Shown here: positions 1-6,323 of the stretch, in pieces
Layout of the letters: each line of letters opens with the position of its first letter
How positions within the stretch are numbered: position 1 is the first letter of the stretch
Source: a virus
Lineage: Duplodnaviria; Heunggongvirae; Uroviricota; Caudoviricetes
Reading direction: 5' to 3' (one strand)
DNA: 6,858 nucleotides
IMG/VR virus record: IMGVR_UViG_2660238190_000001
Made by a program: the position numbers and the translations under genes
Notes under the pieces: model-generated
Seen by the model: the letters and a program-made list of their open reading frames with translations, nothing else
Database searches by the model: none
What the model was told of the DNA's origin: nothing

Positions 1-451
1 ATTTCTCAGCCTGGGTCATTGAAGCCTGCCGTCGGAGACTAACGTCAGAAAAGAGAGCATATACATCAATCCAAAGTGATGATGGATGAACATCCCGGTT
101 TCTTCCACCATCGCACCGGAAAAGCGACTATGAGGGTAACCCTGCGTCTGTCAGCACAGTAAAACCCGGTGTGCATCGTTTTTGATTATTCCCGCACACT
201 CACGCAGAAGGAATTCCCCGTCGGGCTACGGTCATGGTTAATGCGGGAATACGGCGACGATACAGCGCAGCTAAAAGGGTAATAGACGGATAGACCGGTT
301 TATTTCATTCCACAGGATTCTGAGTGTCCCCAACTTCCTCCAATAGTCTGAGCGTACACCTATATAGTTTTAATTTTCATCAATCCATTTAACTATCGTT
401 TAATTGTTGTCACATAGGATTCTGCCGTTTTTAACAATGCAGGATAATAAG

Positions 452-745
452 ATGAAAAAAATGTTGTTTTCTGCCGCTCTGGCAATGCTTATTACAGGAT
501 GTGCTCAACAGACGTTTACTGTTGGAAACAAACCTACAGCAGTAACACCAAAGGAAACCATCACCCATCATTTCTTCGTTTCGGGAATTGGACAGGAGAA
601 AACTGTTGATGCAGCCAAAATTTGTGGCGGCGCAGAAAATGTTGTTAAAACAGAAACCCAGCAAACATTCGTAAATGGATTGCTCGGTTTTATTACTTTA
701 GGCATTTATACTCCGCTGGAAGCGCGTGTGTATTGCTCACAATAA
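452..745 (+). CDS. bor: Bor outer-membrane lipoprotein (lambda Bor / Iss family, serum-resistance moron), 97 aa
   Basis: Translation from ATG 452 (MKKMLFSAALAMLITGCAQQTF...RVYCSQ) matches lambda Bor over its full length as I remember it; signal peptide with lipobox LITGC; AGGA 7 nt upstream of ATG 452. The track ORF starting at 404 has a 16-aa extension without RBS support. Convergent with Rz, as in lambda. Confidence 0.9.
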   Translation: MKKMLFSAALAMLITGCAQQTFTVGNKPTAVTPKETITHHFFVSGIGQEKTVDAAKICGGAENVVKTETQQTFVNGLLGFITLGIYTPLEARVYCSQ

Positions 746-776
746 TTGCATGAGTTGCCCATCGATATGGGCAGCT

Positions 777-1238
777 CTATCTGCACTGCTCATTAATATA
801 CTTCTGGGTTCCTTCCAGTTGTTTTTGCATAGTGATCAGCCTCTCTCTGAGGGTGAAATAATCCCGTTCAGCGGTGTCTGCCAGTCGGGGGGAGGCTGCA
901 TTATCCACGCCGGAGGCGGTGGTGGCTTCACGCACTGACTGACAGACTGCTTTGATGTGCAACCGACGACGACCAGCGGCAACATCATCACGCAGAGCAT
1001 CATTTTCAGCTTTCGCATTAGCTAACTCCTTCGTGTATTTTTCATCCAGTGCAGCAACATCACGCTGGCGCATCTGCATGTCAGTAATTGCCGCGTTCGC
1101 CAGCTTCAGTTCTCTGGCATTTTTGTCGCGCTGGGCTTTGTAGGTAATGGCGTTATCACGGTAATGATTAACAGCCCATGACAGGCAGACGATGATGCAG
1201 ATAACCAGAGCGGAGATAATCGCGGTTACTCTGTTCAT
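777..1238 (-). CDS. rzpD: Rz inner-membrane spanin (i-spanin), 153 aa
   Basis: Near-identical by recollection to lambda Rz ([29 protein letters not shown]...KYINEQCR); N-terminal TM segment then coiled-coil-like periplasmic part; ATG overlaps the stop of the upstream endolysin (ATGA). Confidence 0.92.
   Translation of the reverse strand: MNRVTAIISALVICIIVCLSWAVNHYRDNAITYKAQRDKNARELKLANAAITDMQMRQRDVAALDEKYTKELANAKAENDALRDDVAAGRRRLHIKAVCQSVREATTASGVDNAASPRLADTAERDYFTLRERLITMQKQLEGTQKYINEQCR
836..1018 (-). CDS. rzoD: Rz1 outer-membrane lipoprotein spanin (o-spanin), 60 aa, embedded in the +1 frame of Rz
   Basis: [24 protein letters not shown]...[16 protein letters not shown]: lipobox VVGC and proline-rich mature part, matching lambda Rz1 by recollection; lies entirely within Rz in a different frame. 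Confidence 0.85.
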   Translation of the reverse strand: MRKLKMMLCVMMLPLVVVGCTSKQSVSQCVKPPPPPAWIMQPPPDWQTPLNGIISPSERG

Positions 1239-1732
1239 TGCTTACCCCACAAACAGATTTCACGCTCAATCTCACGACGAGTCATGAGACCTTTCCATTG
1301 CTTACCGCCAGCATATGTCCAGCGACGTAGCTGATCACATGCGCCTTTGATATCACCCTGGTTTATTTTGCGAAGAAGCGTCGATATTCTGAAATTGCCA
1401 GCACCCACGTTGTAGACGAACGAGTAAAGAGCGCCGCGCGTTGTTTCCGGTATATCGACTTTGATGTACGGGTTAATTTGTCTGGCGACAGTGGCAAGGT
1501 CTTTATTCAGGAGGGCTTTGCATTCTGCTTCGGTATACGTTTTACCGGGAATGATGTCTTTTCCTGTATGCCCGTGACATACAGTCCATACGCCAACGAT
1601 ATCTTTATATGGTATGTAGCTGACACCTTCCAGACCATCGTCACCACTCGGACCAGTGATGAGCACAGACGCTATGGCAACAGCCCCACCACCAATAGCA
1701 GCTGCTACAGCCTTGCGTAATGATGGCGACAT
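1235..1732 (-). CDS. rrrD: SAR endolysin, phage 21 R21-type true lysozyme (T4 E-like, GH24), 165 aa
   Basis: N-terminal Gly/Ala-rich weakly hydrophobic signal-anchor-release segment ([20 protein letters not shown]), then E-x8-D-x5-T catalytic spacing ([17 protein letters not shown]) as in T4 lysozyme; strong recalled similarity to phage 21 R and K-12 RrrD. Start ATG overlaps the holin stop (TAATG). Confidence 0.92.
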   Translation of the reverse strand: MSPSLRKAVAAAIGGGAVAIASVLITGPSGDDGLEGVSYIPYKDIVGVWTVCHGHTGKDIIPGKTYTEAECKALLNKDLATVARQINPYIKVDIPETTRGALYSFVYNVGAGNFRISTLLRKINQGDIKGACDQLRRWTYAGGKQWKGLMTRREIEREICLWGKQ

Positions 1733-1947
1733 TATTCACCTCTCGCAGCCTTACGCTTATCTTCTTTAATCTTGAAATAAAGGTTTGTCAGGTACGTCAG
1801 CAGGCCAAATACCAGGCTACCCAGCACTCCAATTGCCGCCCACTGTGAGGGCGTGACTTTATCTAGCAGCTGTAAAAACCAGTACCCGGCACTACCTGCT
1901 GAGGTGCCATAGGCGACACCCGTTGTTAACTTATCCATGGATTTCAT
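1732..1947 (-). CDS. essD: Pinholin, phage 21 S21-type class II holin with dual-start motif (M1/M4), 71 aa
   Basis: [26 protein letters not shown]...[17 protein letters not shown]: two TM segments, Met1-Lys-Ser-Met4 dual start (antiholin/holin), charged C-terminus; matches S21/EssD by recollection. GAGGT-type SD upstream. Confidence 0.92.
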
Positions 1948-2057
1948 AACCCCACCTCGCAGACAAAGCGGGTGTAAATTGAGGGAATACTACGAAACGT
2001 AACAGACTCGGAGTCAGTGAATAACTCAGGTATTGGGTTATCAGCTAATATCGAGAC

Positions 2058-2092
2058 TCAAAAAATGGAAAAACCCGCTCGACGGCGGGTTT
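2058..2092 (-). terminator. Rho-independent terminator on the minus strand upstream of the holin (tR'-like late terminator)
   Basis: Minus strand reads AAACCCGC-CGTCGA-GCGGGTTT followed by TTCCATTTTTTGA (8-bp GC-rich stem, 6-nt loop, T-rich tail); about 110 bp upstream of the S start. Confidence 0.6.
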
Positions 2093-2244
2093 AAGCTGTG
2101 TGACGAAGTAACCACTCTTAACAGCATAACCAATTTTTTACGTACGTAAACCACTAAATGATATTTGCGAGAATGCTACCGAGTATTGAAAACACCACTA
2201 CAAATACATAAGCAAATCTCAACAAATAACCAACAAATAATTTC

Positions 2245-2280
2245 CAGTGTTATTTTAGCTGATTTAAATTGAACCTTCAA
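2245..2280 (-). promoter_or_regulatory. Candidate sigma70 late promoter (pR'-like): -35 TTGAAG, 17-bp spacer, -10 TAAAAT on the minus strand
   Basis: Minus-strand hexamers at 2280-2275 (TTGAAG) and 2257-2252 (TAAAAT) with a 17-nt spacer; predicted start near 2245 would give a transcript of about 185 nt ending at the 2058-2092 terminator, similar to the lambda pR'-6S-tR' layout. Motif-only call. Confidence 0.3.
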
Positions 2281-2436
2281 ATTATAGAGCGCTTATAAAT
2301 AACAGCCGTTAATATAAATTGGCTAATAGATTTATTTTTATTCAGCCAAGAGCTATGAATAGGATTCGATAGAAAAAAGTTCAGATAAAAATAGAGATCT
2401 ACTTCACAAATCAAACGAGAAACCAAAACTTACATC

Positions 2437-2466
2437 TTGAAATAATCACATTGATTAGATGAATAT
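2437..2466 (+). promoter_or_regulatory. Candidate nmpC promoter region (weak -35/-10 matches) in the AT-rich 5' region
   Basis: TTGAAA at 2437-2442 followed 17-18 nt later by TGAATA/GAATAT; AAAGGG SD-like element 6 nt upstream of ATG 2520. Hexamer matches are weak and alternatives exist. Confidence 0.2.
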
Positions 2467-2519
2467 TTATCGCGCAGTGACATCATTTTTTAATAATAGT
2501 TCAAAAAAAAGGGCTCACG

Positions 2520-3617
2520 ATGAAAAAATTAACAGTGGCAATTTCTGCTGTAGCTGCATCAGTACTGATGGCGATGTCTGCTCAGGCAGCTGAAATTTAT
2601 AATAAAGACAGTAACAAGCTGGATCTGTACGGGAAAGTTAATGCTAAGCACTACTTCTCCTCTAATGATGCAGATGATGGTGATACTACTTATGCCCGTC
2701 TTGGCTTCAAAGGTGAAACCCAAATCAACGATCAACTGACTGGTTTCGGTCAGTGGGAATATGAATTCAAAGGCAACCGCGCTGAATCTCAAGGTTCCTC
2801 CAAAGATAAAACCCGTCTTGCCTTCGCTGGCCTGAAATTCGGTGACTACGGCTCCATCGATTACGGCCGTAACTACGGTGTAGCATACGACATCGGTGCG
2901 TGGACTGACGTTCTGCCAGAATTCGGTGGCGATACCTGGACCCAAACAGATGTGTTCATGACTGGTCGCACCACTGGTGTTGCAACCTATCGTAACAACG
3001 ACTTCTTTGGTCTGGTTGATGGTCTGAACTTTGCTGCTCAGTACCAAGGCAAAAACGATCGTAGCGATTTCGATAACTACACTGAAGGTAACGGTGATGG
3101 CTTCGGTTTCTCTGCTACCTATGAATACGAAGGATTCGGTATCGGTGCAACTTATGCGAAATCTGATCGTACCGACACTCAAGTTAATGCAGGGAAAGTT
3201 CTTCCTGAAGTATTTGCTTCCGGTAAAAATGCAGAAGTTTGGGCCGCAGGTCTGAAATATGACGCTAACAACATTTACCTGGCCACTACCTATTCTGAAA
3301 CCCAGAATATGACTGTATTTGCTGATCACTTCGTTGCTAATAAAGCTCAAAACTTCGAAGCTGTTGCACAATATCAGTTCGATTTCGGTCTGCGTCCGTC
3401 CGTTGCTTACCTGCAATCTAAAGGTAAGGATCTTGGAGTATGGGGCGATCAGGACTTAGTCAAATATGTTGATGTAGGTGCAACCTATTACTTCAACAAA
3501 AATATGTCTACTTTCGTTGATTACAAAATCAACCTGCTTGACAAAAATGACTTCACTAAAGCACTCGGTGTAAGCACTGATGACATCGTTGCTGTAGGTC
3601 TGGTTTACCAGTTCTAA
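2520..3617 (+). CDS. nmpC: Outer-membrane general porin NmpC / Lc (OmpC/OmpF/PhoE family), intact, 365 aa
   Basis: Signal peptide [23 protein letters not shown]|AEIYNK, C-terminal beta-barrel signature ...GLVYQF, porin-typical Gly/Tyr/Asp-rich strands; matches the prophage-encoded NmpC/Lc porin by recollection. No IS interruption in this window. Confidence 0.93.
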   Translation: MKKLTVAISAVAASVLMAMSAQAAEIYNKDSNKLDLYGKVNAKHYFSSNDADDGDTTYARLGFKGETQINDQLTGFGQWEYEFKGNRAESQGSSKDKTRLAFAGLKFGDYGSIDYGRNYGVAYDIGAWTDVLPEFGGDTWTQTDVFMTGRTTGVATYRNNDFFGLVDGLNFAAQYQGKNDRSDFDNYTEGNGDGFGFSATYEYEGFGIGATYAKSDRTDTQVNAGKVLPEVFASGKNAEVWAAGLKYDANNIYLATTYSETQNMTVFADHFVANKAQNFEAVAQYQFDFGLRPSVAYLQSKGKDLGVWGDQDLVKYVDVGATYYFNKNMSTFVDYKINLLDKNDFTKALGVSTDDIVAVGLVYQF

Positions 3618-3625
3618 TCTGATTA

Positions 3626-3667
3626 CGAAAAAGATATGTTGCGGGAGGCGTTGCCTCCCCAACATAT
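3626..3667 (-). terminator. Long hairpin with minus-strand T-tract (terminator for leftward transcripts from the Q operon)
   Basis: Inverted repeat ATATGTTG(C)GGGAGGC-GTT-GCCTCCC-CAACATAT at 3634-3667 (about 15 bp stem with one bulge); on the minus strand the hairpin is followed by CTTTTTC (plus 3627-3633). No U-tract on the plus side. Confidence 0.55.
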
Positions 3668-3755
3668 AAGTGGCTCCCTCAAGCCACTTCCTTTAGAAGC
3701 ACAACCTTGCTTCTAACTATATAAACCTTCTGTTATATATTACCCTTTATTTTTG

Positions 3756-3779
3756 GGGGCGTCTCAACGCCCCATTTTT
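3756..3779 (+). terminator. Rho-independent terminator on the plus strand (nmpC terminator, before Q antisense)
   Basis: GGGGCGT-CTCA-ACGCCCC followed by ATTTTTAA on the plus strand; located between the nmpC stop (3617) and the Q stop (3807). Confidence 0.55.
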
Positions 3780-3806
3780 AATAACTTTTAGTAAACAACT
3801 GGCATA

Positions 3807-4190
3807 TTAATTAGAGTTATTAACAACGATATCCATCTCTAACCGGATATCTAATGCCATTAACATCCCTTCAATTATACCCTCAGCCTTCTGTAACCTT
3901 TTCCCGATATAACCATCAGAGCAGCAATGCTTACCTGCCAGTGACATGAATGTCATACCGACTACATAATAATCTACTAATAAATCGTGCAAATCGCTGT
4001 TGTTCTTTTTCAGACGGGCCATGCACCCGCAAATGATCATCGCGTCATCGTCACAACATTGCGGGCGAGATTTTACTTTTGAAGTAATTAATCCCTTAAA
4101 ACCGGCGGCAATGGACGACCAGGTCACATCTTCATGATTATTAGCCGCCCACGATCCCCAACGCTCAAGAACCATCTGAATATCACGCAT
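3807..4190 (-). CDS. quuD: Q-like late-gene antiterminator (DLP12 QuuD-like), 127 aa from ATG 4190
   Basis: [12 protein letters not shown]...[16 protein letters not shown]...KHCCSDGY: Cys-rich, recalled similarity to K-12 QuuD. The track ORF starts at a TTG (4205); ATG at 4190 has GGAG 7 nt upstream and gives the 127-aa form. Confidence 0.82.
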   Translation of the reverse strand: MRDIQMVLERWGSWAANNHEDVTWSSIAAGFKGLITSKVKSRPQCCDDDAMIICGCMARLKKNNSDLHDLLVDYYVVGMTFMSLAGKHCCSDGYIGKRLQKAEGIIEGMLMALDIRLEMDIVVNNSN

Positions 4191-4275
4191 CAACTTACTC
4201 CACAAAAATCAGACCAGAACGCCAATTACAAGCAAAAATCAACAAAACAGTATTAGTTGATTGTTATCTCTGACT

Positions 4276-4416
4276 TCATACTCCTGCTCCTGTCAGGGTT
4301 TTGGCGTAATTCTTCAGTATTCGGTAATCGGTCAAAACAGAACCGGGGAAACGATATAAGCGCAGACGCCCCCAGCGGTGGCGAAGAAGTTCTGCCATAT
4401 TAAACTCAAACATCAT
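4276..4416 (-). CDS. ylcG: Small nin-region protein YlcG-like, 46 aa (below ORF-track cut-off; found by hand translation)
   Basis: Minus-strand ATG at 4416 gives [46 protein letters not shown], stop at 4278-4276; start overlaps the rusA stop (ATGA). Position between rusA and Q matches DLP12 ylcG as I recall. Confidence 0.6.
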   Translation of the reverse strand: MMFEFNMAELLRHRWGRLRLYRFPGSVLTDYRILKNYAKTLTGAGV

Positions 4417-4775
4417 TCATTCCCCATTTCGGTGATGGTCAGTTCCAGCCTCCCACCTTTGGTAACAGGCATCTTCACAACGCGGTAATCAACGACCTGA
4501 GCATCATCCAGCCAGAAACCTGCTTTAGTGAGTGCGTCAAAAGCGGCTTTTTGCAGATTATCCAGGTCACGGCGACGGCGATCCGGCATGTGGCACTCAA
4601 TGCGGATTTTCACAGGCATAGCCAGGCCGATATCCAGCATTGCGTTTTTAATGATTCGGGCGACGTTATCGCGGTATGCCTGCCCCTCTGCGCTGATGTG
4701 CGTGCGCCCGCGATTATGGCGGTAATAGCGATTATTGCTCGGAGGCCAGGGTAGTGTGATGTGGTAAGTATTCAC
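4413..4775 (-). CDS. rusA: RusA Holliday-junction resolvase (RusA endonuclease family), about 120 aa from GTG 4775
   Basis: [26 protein letters not shown]...[18 protein letters not shown]...[11 protein letters not shown] matches K-12 RusA by recollection including the acidic residues. GTG at 4775 overlaps the ybcO stop (GTGA); the longer track ORF from ATG 4838 overlaps the ybcO C-terminus by about 22 codons and is less likely. Confidence 0.85.
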   Translation of the reverse strand: MNTYHITLPWPPSNNRYYRHNRGRTHISAEGQAYRDNVARIIKNAMLDIGLAMPVKIRIECHMPDRRRRDLDNLQKAAFDALTKAGFWLDDAQVVDYRVVKMPVTKGGRLELTITEMGNE

Positions 4776-5062
4776 GCCTTGATTACCCCCTCTTTCAGCC
4801 AGATAACCTGCGTTCTCGCCATACCTTCCAGCGCGCATTCTTTTGCGTGCTCAGCATCGACAAAATGCGTGCGGCGGTCGATTTCGGCGTGACAGGCAGA
4901 ACAGGCAATGGTGGCAATAAGGTCTGGCGGTTTAATACCGGTGCCGCACAATCCAGCCAGCCGGATATGTGCCAGTACAGACGTTTCAGGGTTGCCATTA
5001 CATACGCCAGGGATTCTTACCTGGCATTCCCGACCACGCGCTGCTTTTCTCAAATCAGCCAT
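4772..5062 (-). CDS. ybcO: YbcO-like nin-region protein (Cys-rich, putative zinc-binding nuclease, DUF1364-type), 96 aa from ATG 5062
   Basis: [32 protein letters not shown]...CSACHAEID...: Cys cluster; AAGGAGG 4 nt upstream of ATG 5062; recalled similarity to K-12 YbcO. The track ORF (from 5101) includes 13 extra N-terminal codons. Confidence 0.8.
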   Translation of the reverse strand: MADLRKAARGRECQVRIPGVCNGNPETSVLAHIRLAGLCGTGIKPPDLIATIACSACHAEIDRRTHFVDAEHAKECALEGMARTQVIWLKEGVIKA

Positions 5063-5225
5063 GATTCCTCCTTGCTGCCAGTCGCAACCATTTTTTATCA
5101 ACCAGGCTGGCGGTATATCCGAGCAGTGTTGGTATTTCGGAAGGCTTCAGCTCAGGTTTACGCTTACGACGATTTGGTACTCTGTAAATGTGCCCGTTCA
5201 TGACACGAATAAGCGGTGTAGCCAT
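5055..5225 (-). CDS. ninE: NinE-like small protein, 56 aa (below ORF-track cut-off; found by hand translation)
   Basis: Minus-strand ATG at 5225 gives [56 protein letters not shown], stop TGA at 5057-5055; start overlaps the ybcN stop (TAATG) and the 3' end overlaps the ybcO start by 8 nt. Confidence 0.75.
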   Translation of the reverse strand: MATPLIRVMNGHIYRVPNRRKRKPELKPSEIPTLLGYTASLVDKKWLRLAARRNHG

Positions 5226-5680
5226 TACGCCTCCTGCTTATCGCGCAGCAGCTGGAACTCGCAGCTCGGCGGAATAGTCAGGTGGCAGCCAATATTCATC
5301 GCCCAGGCTTCAACATTACACAGGAAGACATACATCTCTCCGGTATCAAGATCGGAGGTATGGCGTAACGACTGGATAGTGGTGATATCACCGGTTACGA
5401 CATCAACCAGGTCTTTGGTTTCATAACCGAGATATGTGTGTTTGAGAGCATCTTTTACCCAAGCTGGAGTGGCGAACGTTTTACCCCTGCTGATGAGGTA
5501 TTCACTGATTTCGCTGTACCACATGTGGCTGAGTGCATTCTGGGAAAGACTGCGTCTCTCGCGCCACGGTTTAAGCACCATGCGAAAGCATTTTCCGTCC
5601 TCCAGATAAGGCTGGATCTGCTGGCCGATAGCGGTGAAGTTGCCGCGATGTAATTTGATGCCGTCTTGTGGGAGGTTCAC
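5225..5680 (-). CDS. ybcN: YbcN-like nin-region protein (DLP12 YbcN; reported DNA base-flipping protein), 151 aa, GTG start
   Basis: Track [18 protein letters not shown]...LLRDKQEA; start codon at 5680 is GTG with GGAGGT 5 nt upstream; identity from recalled similarity to K-12 YbcN and from synteny with ninE-ybcO-rusA. Confidence 0.78.
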   Translation of the reverse strand: MNLPQDGIKLHRGNFTAIGQQIQPYLEDGKCFRMVLKPWRERRSLSQNALSHMWYSEISEYLISRGKTFATPAWVKDALKHTYLGYETKDLVDVVTGDITTIQSLRHTSDLDTGEMYVFLCNVEAWAMNIGCHLTIPPSCEFQLLRDKQEA

Positions 5681-5778
5681 GCTTCACCTCCGCAGAGGTC
5701 AAACTCAGGATACAAAAAATCGCAGGTGCATTTCTGCATCTGTGAAGGGAGAAGAGAGTTTGGATTGTATGTGCGCAT
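5677..5778 (-). CDS. ylcH: Small ORF, 33 aa, YlcH-like (below ORF-track cut-off; found by hand translation)
   Basis: Minus-strand ATG at 5778 gives [33 protein letters not shown], stop TGA at 5679-5677 overlapping the ybcN GTG start (GTGA). Length and position match K-12 ylcH as I recall; no independent coding evidence. Confidence 0.45.
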   Translation of the reverse strand: MRTYNPNSLLPSQMQKCTCDFLYPEFDLCGGEA

Positions 5779-5870
5779 AAACGTCCCCGTTTAGCGCAGA
5801 AGTCACCGGAGTTGTTCAAGCTCCGATGACTTTATTATTACGAATTGATTTTACAAAATCAAAAGGTATG

Positions 5871-6323
5871 TTAGTGACGCGGGTCTGTTATTATGCGAGA
5901 AGGGTTTCCGTATAAAACAAGGACCTTACTTCCTTGAGTAAATAACGGATCTTTGCCTTGAACAATGGTCATTAAATTCCCATTCTCAGTTTCGACAACA
6001 TATTCCATGCCTGTTTGTTTTGTTGCTGAAGATTCGATTGCTGCCCCGGCAATACCACCAATGACTGCACCACCAACGGCACCAACGATATTAGAACGAA
6101 CTCCCCCACCAAGCGCAGAACCAGCGGTTGCCCCCACGGCAGCCCCAGCAGTCCCGCCTAACGCGGAAGTCCCACTGATATCAACCCCCCTGGCACTAAT
6201 AACTGTACCAGCGATAGTTCGATTAACCATGCCCACAGAGCCAACAGAATAACTATTTGGCGATATATTTTGTGCGCATCCAACCAACACTAAGAGTGGA
6301 GCAATTACGAATAATCGCTTCAT
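5871..6323 (-). CDS. SlyB/Pcp-like outer-membrane lipoprotein with glycine-zipper region, 150 aa
   Basis: Signal peptide with lipobox LVGC (MKRLFVIAPLLVLVGCAQN), central Gly/Ala zipper (GGTAGAAVGATAGSALGGGVRSNIVGAVGGAVIGGIAGAA), C-terminal segment GMEYVVETENGNLMTIVQGK...SKVLVL resembling the SlyB C-terminus (GVELEIRKDDGNTIMVVQKQ...QRVVL) as I recall it. ATG overlaps the stop of the upstream ORF (ATGA). Confidence 0.75.
   Translation of the reverse strand: MKRLFVIAPLLVLVGCAQNISPNSYSVGSVGMVNRTIAGTVISARGVDISGTSALGGTAGAAVGATAGSALGGGVRSNIVGAVGGAVIGGIAGAAIESSATKQTGMEYVVETENGNLMTIVQGKDPLFTQGSKVLVLYGNPSRIITDPRH

Noticed and set aside
1-89. Reading frame open from the window edge to a stop at 87-89 (plus strand)
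   Set aside because: Could be the last 28 codons of a gene upstream of bor (ybcV-like), but with only a fragment and no start in the window I cannot support a call.
431-1143. Plus- and minus-strand ORFs at 431-664 (-), 726-938 (+) and 952-1143 (+)
   Set aside because: Each is antisense to or out of frame with bor or Rz/Rz1, which are firmly identified; none has start-site support.
1478-1720. 80-aa plus-strand ORF
   Set aside because: Antisense to the SAR endolysin gene.
2559-3416. 285-aa ORF on the minus strand antisense to nmpC
   Set aside because: Lies entirely within and opposite to a well-supported porin gene; translation is low-complexity (Val/Thr/Ile/Phe-rich) with no recognisable features; a long antisense frame across an AT-poor, codon-biased gene is a common artefact.
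3031-3665. ORFs at 3031-3255 (+, 74 aa) and 3456-3665 (-, 69 aa)
   Set aside because: Alternative-frame and antisense ORFs within nmpC; the second runs into the terminator hairpin.
3668-3806. Possible pR'-like promoter immediately downstream of the Q stop codon, as in lambda
   Set aside because: No convincing -35/-10 pair on the minus strand here, and a minus-strand terminator lies just beyond at 3626-3667; the pR'-like candidate at 2245-2280 fits the terminator and holin spacing better.
4237-4261. A/T-rich inverted repeat AATCAAC...GTTGATT between ylcG and Q with a weak T-run on the minus strand
   Set aside because: Stem is short and AT-rich with an 11-nt loop; too weak to call a terminator (a tR2/tR3-like site is possible but unsupported).
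4528-4754. Two plus-strand ORFs (65 and 67 aa) inside rusA
   Set aside because: Antisense to rusA; Arg/Ser-rich translations typical of the reverse frame of a GC-rich gene.
4795-4998. 67-aa minus-strand ORF
   Set aside because: Alternative frame inside ybcO on the same strand; ybcO has a much stronger RBS and conserved Cys motifs.
4847-5426. Two overlapping plus-strand ORFs (118 aa and 172 aa)
   Set aside because: Antisense to the overlapping ybcO-ninE-ybcN chain, which has RBS support and family matches; no RBS or recognisable protein features.
5571-5819. 82-aa minus-strand ORF spanning the ybcN start and ylcH
   Set aside because: Out of frame with both ybcN and the ylcH-like ORF and overlapping them; no RBS; Arg-rich low-complexity translation.
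5965-6252. 95-aa Pro/Ala-rich ORF on the plus strand
   Set aside because: Antisense to the glycine-zipper region of the lipoprotein; the Pro/Ala richness is simply the complement of Gly/Ala codons.
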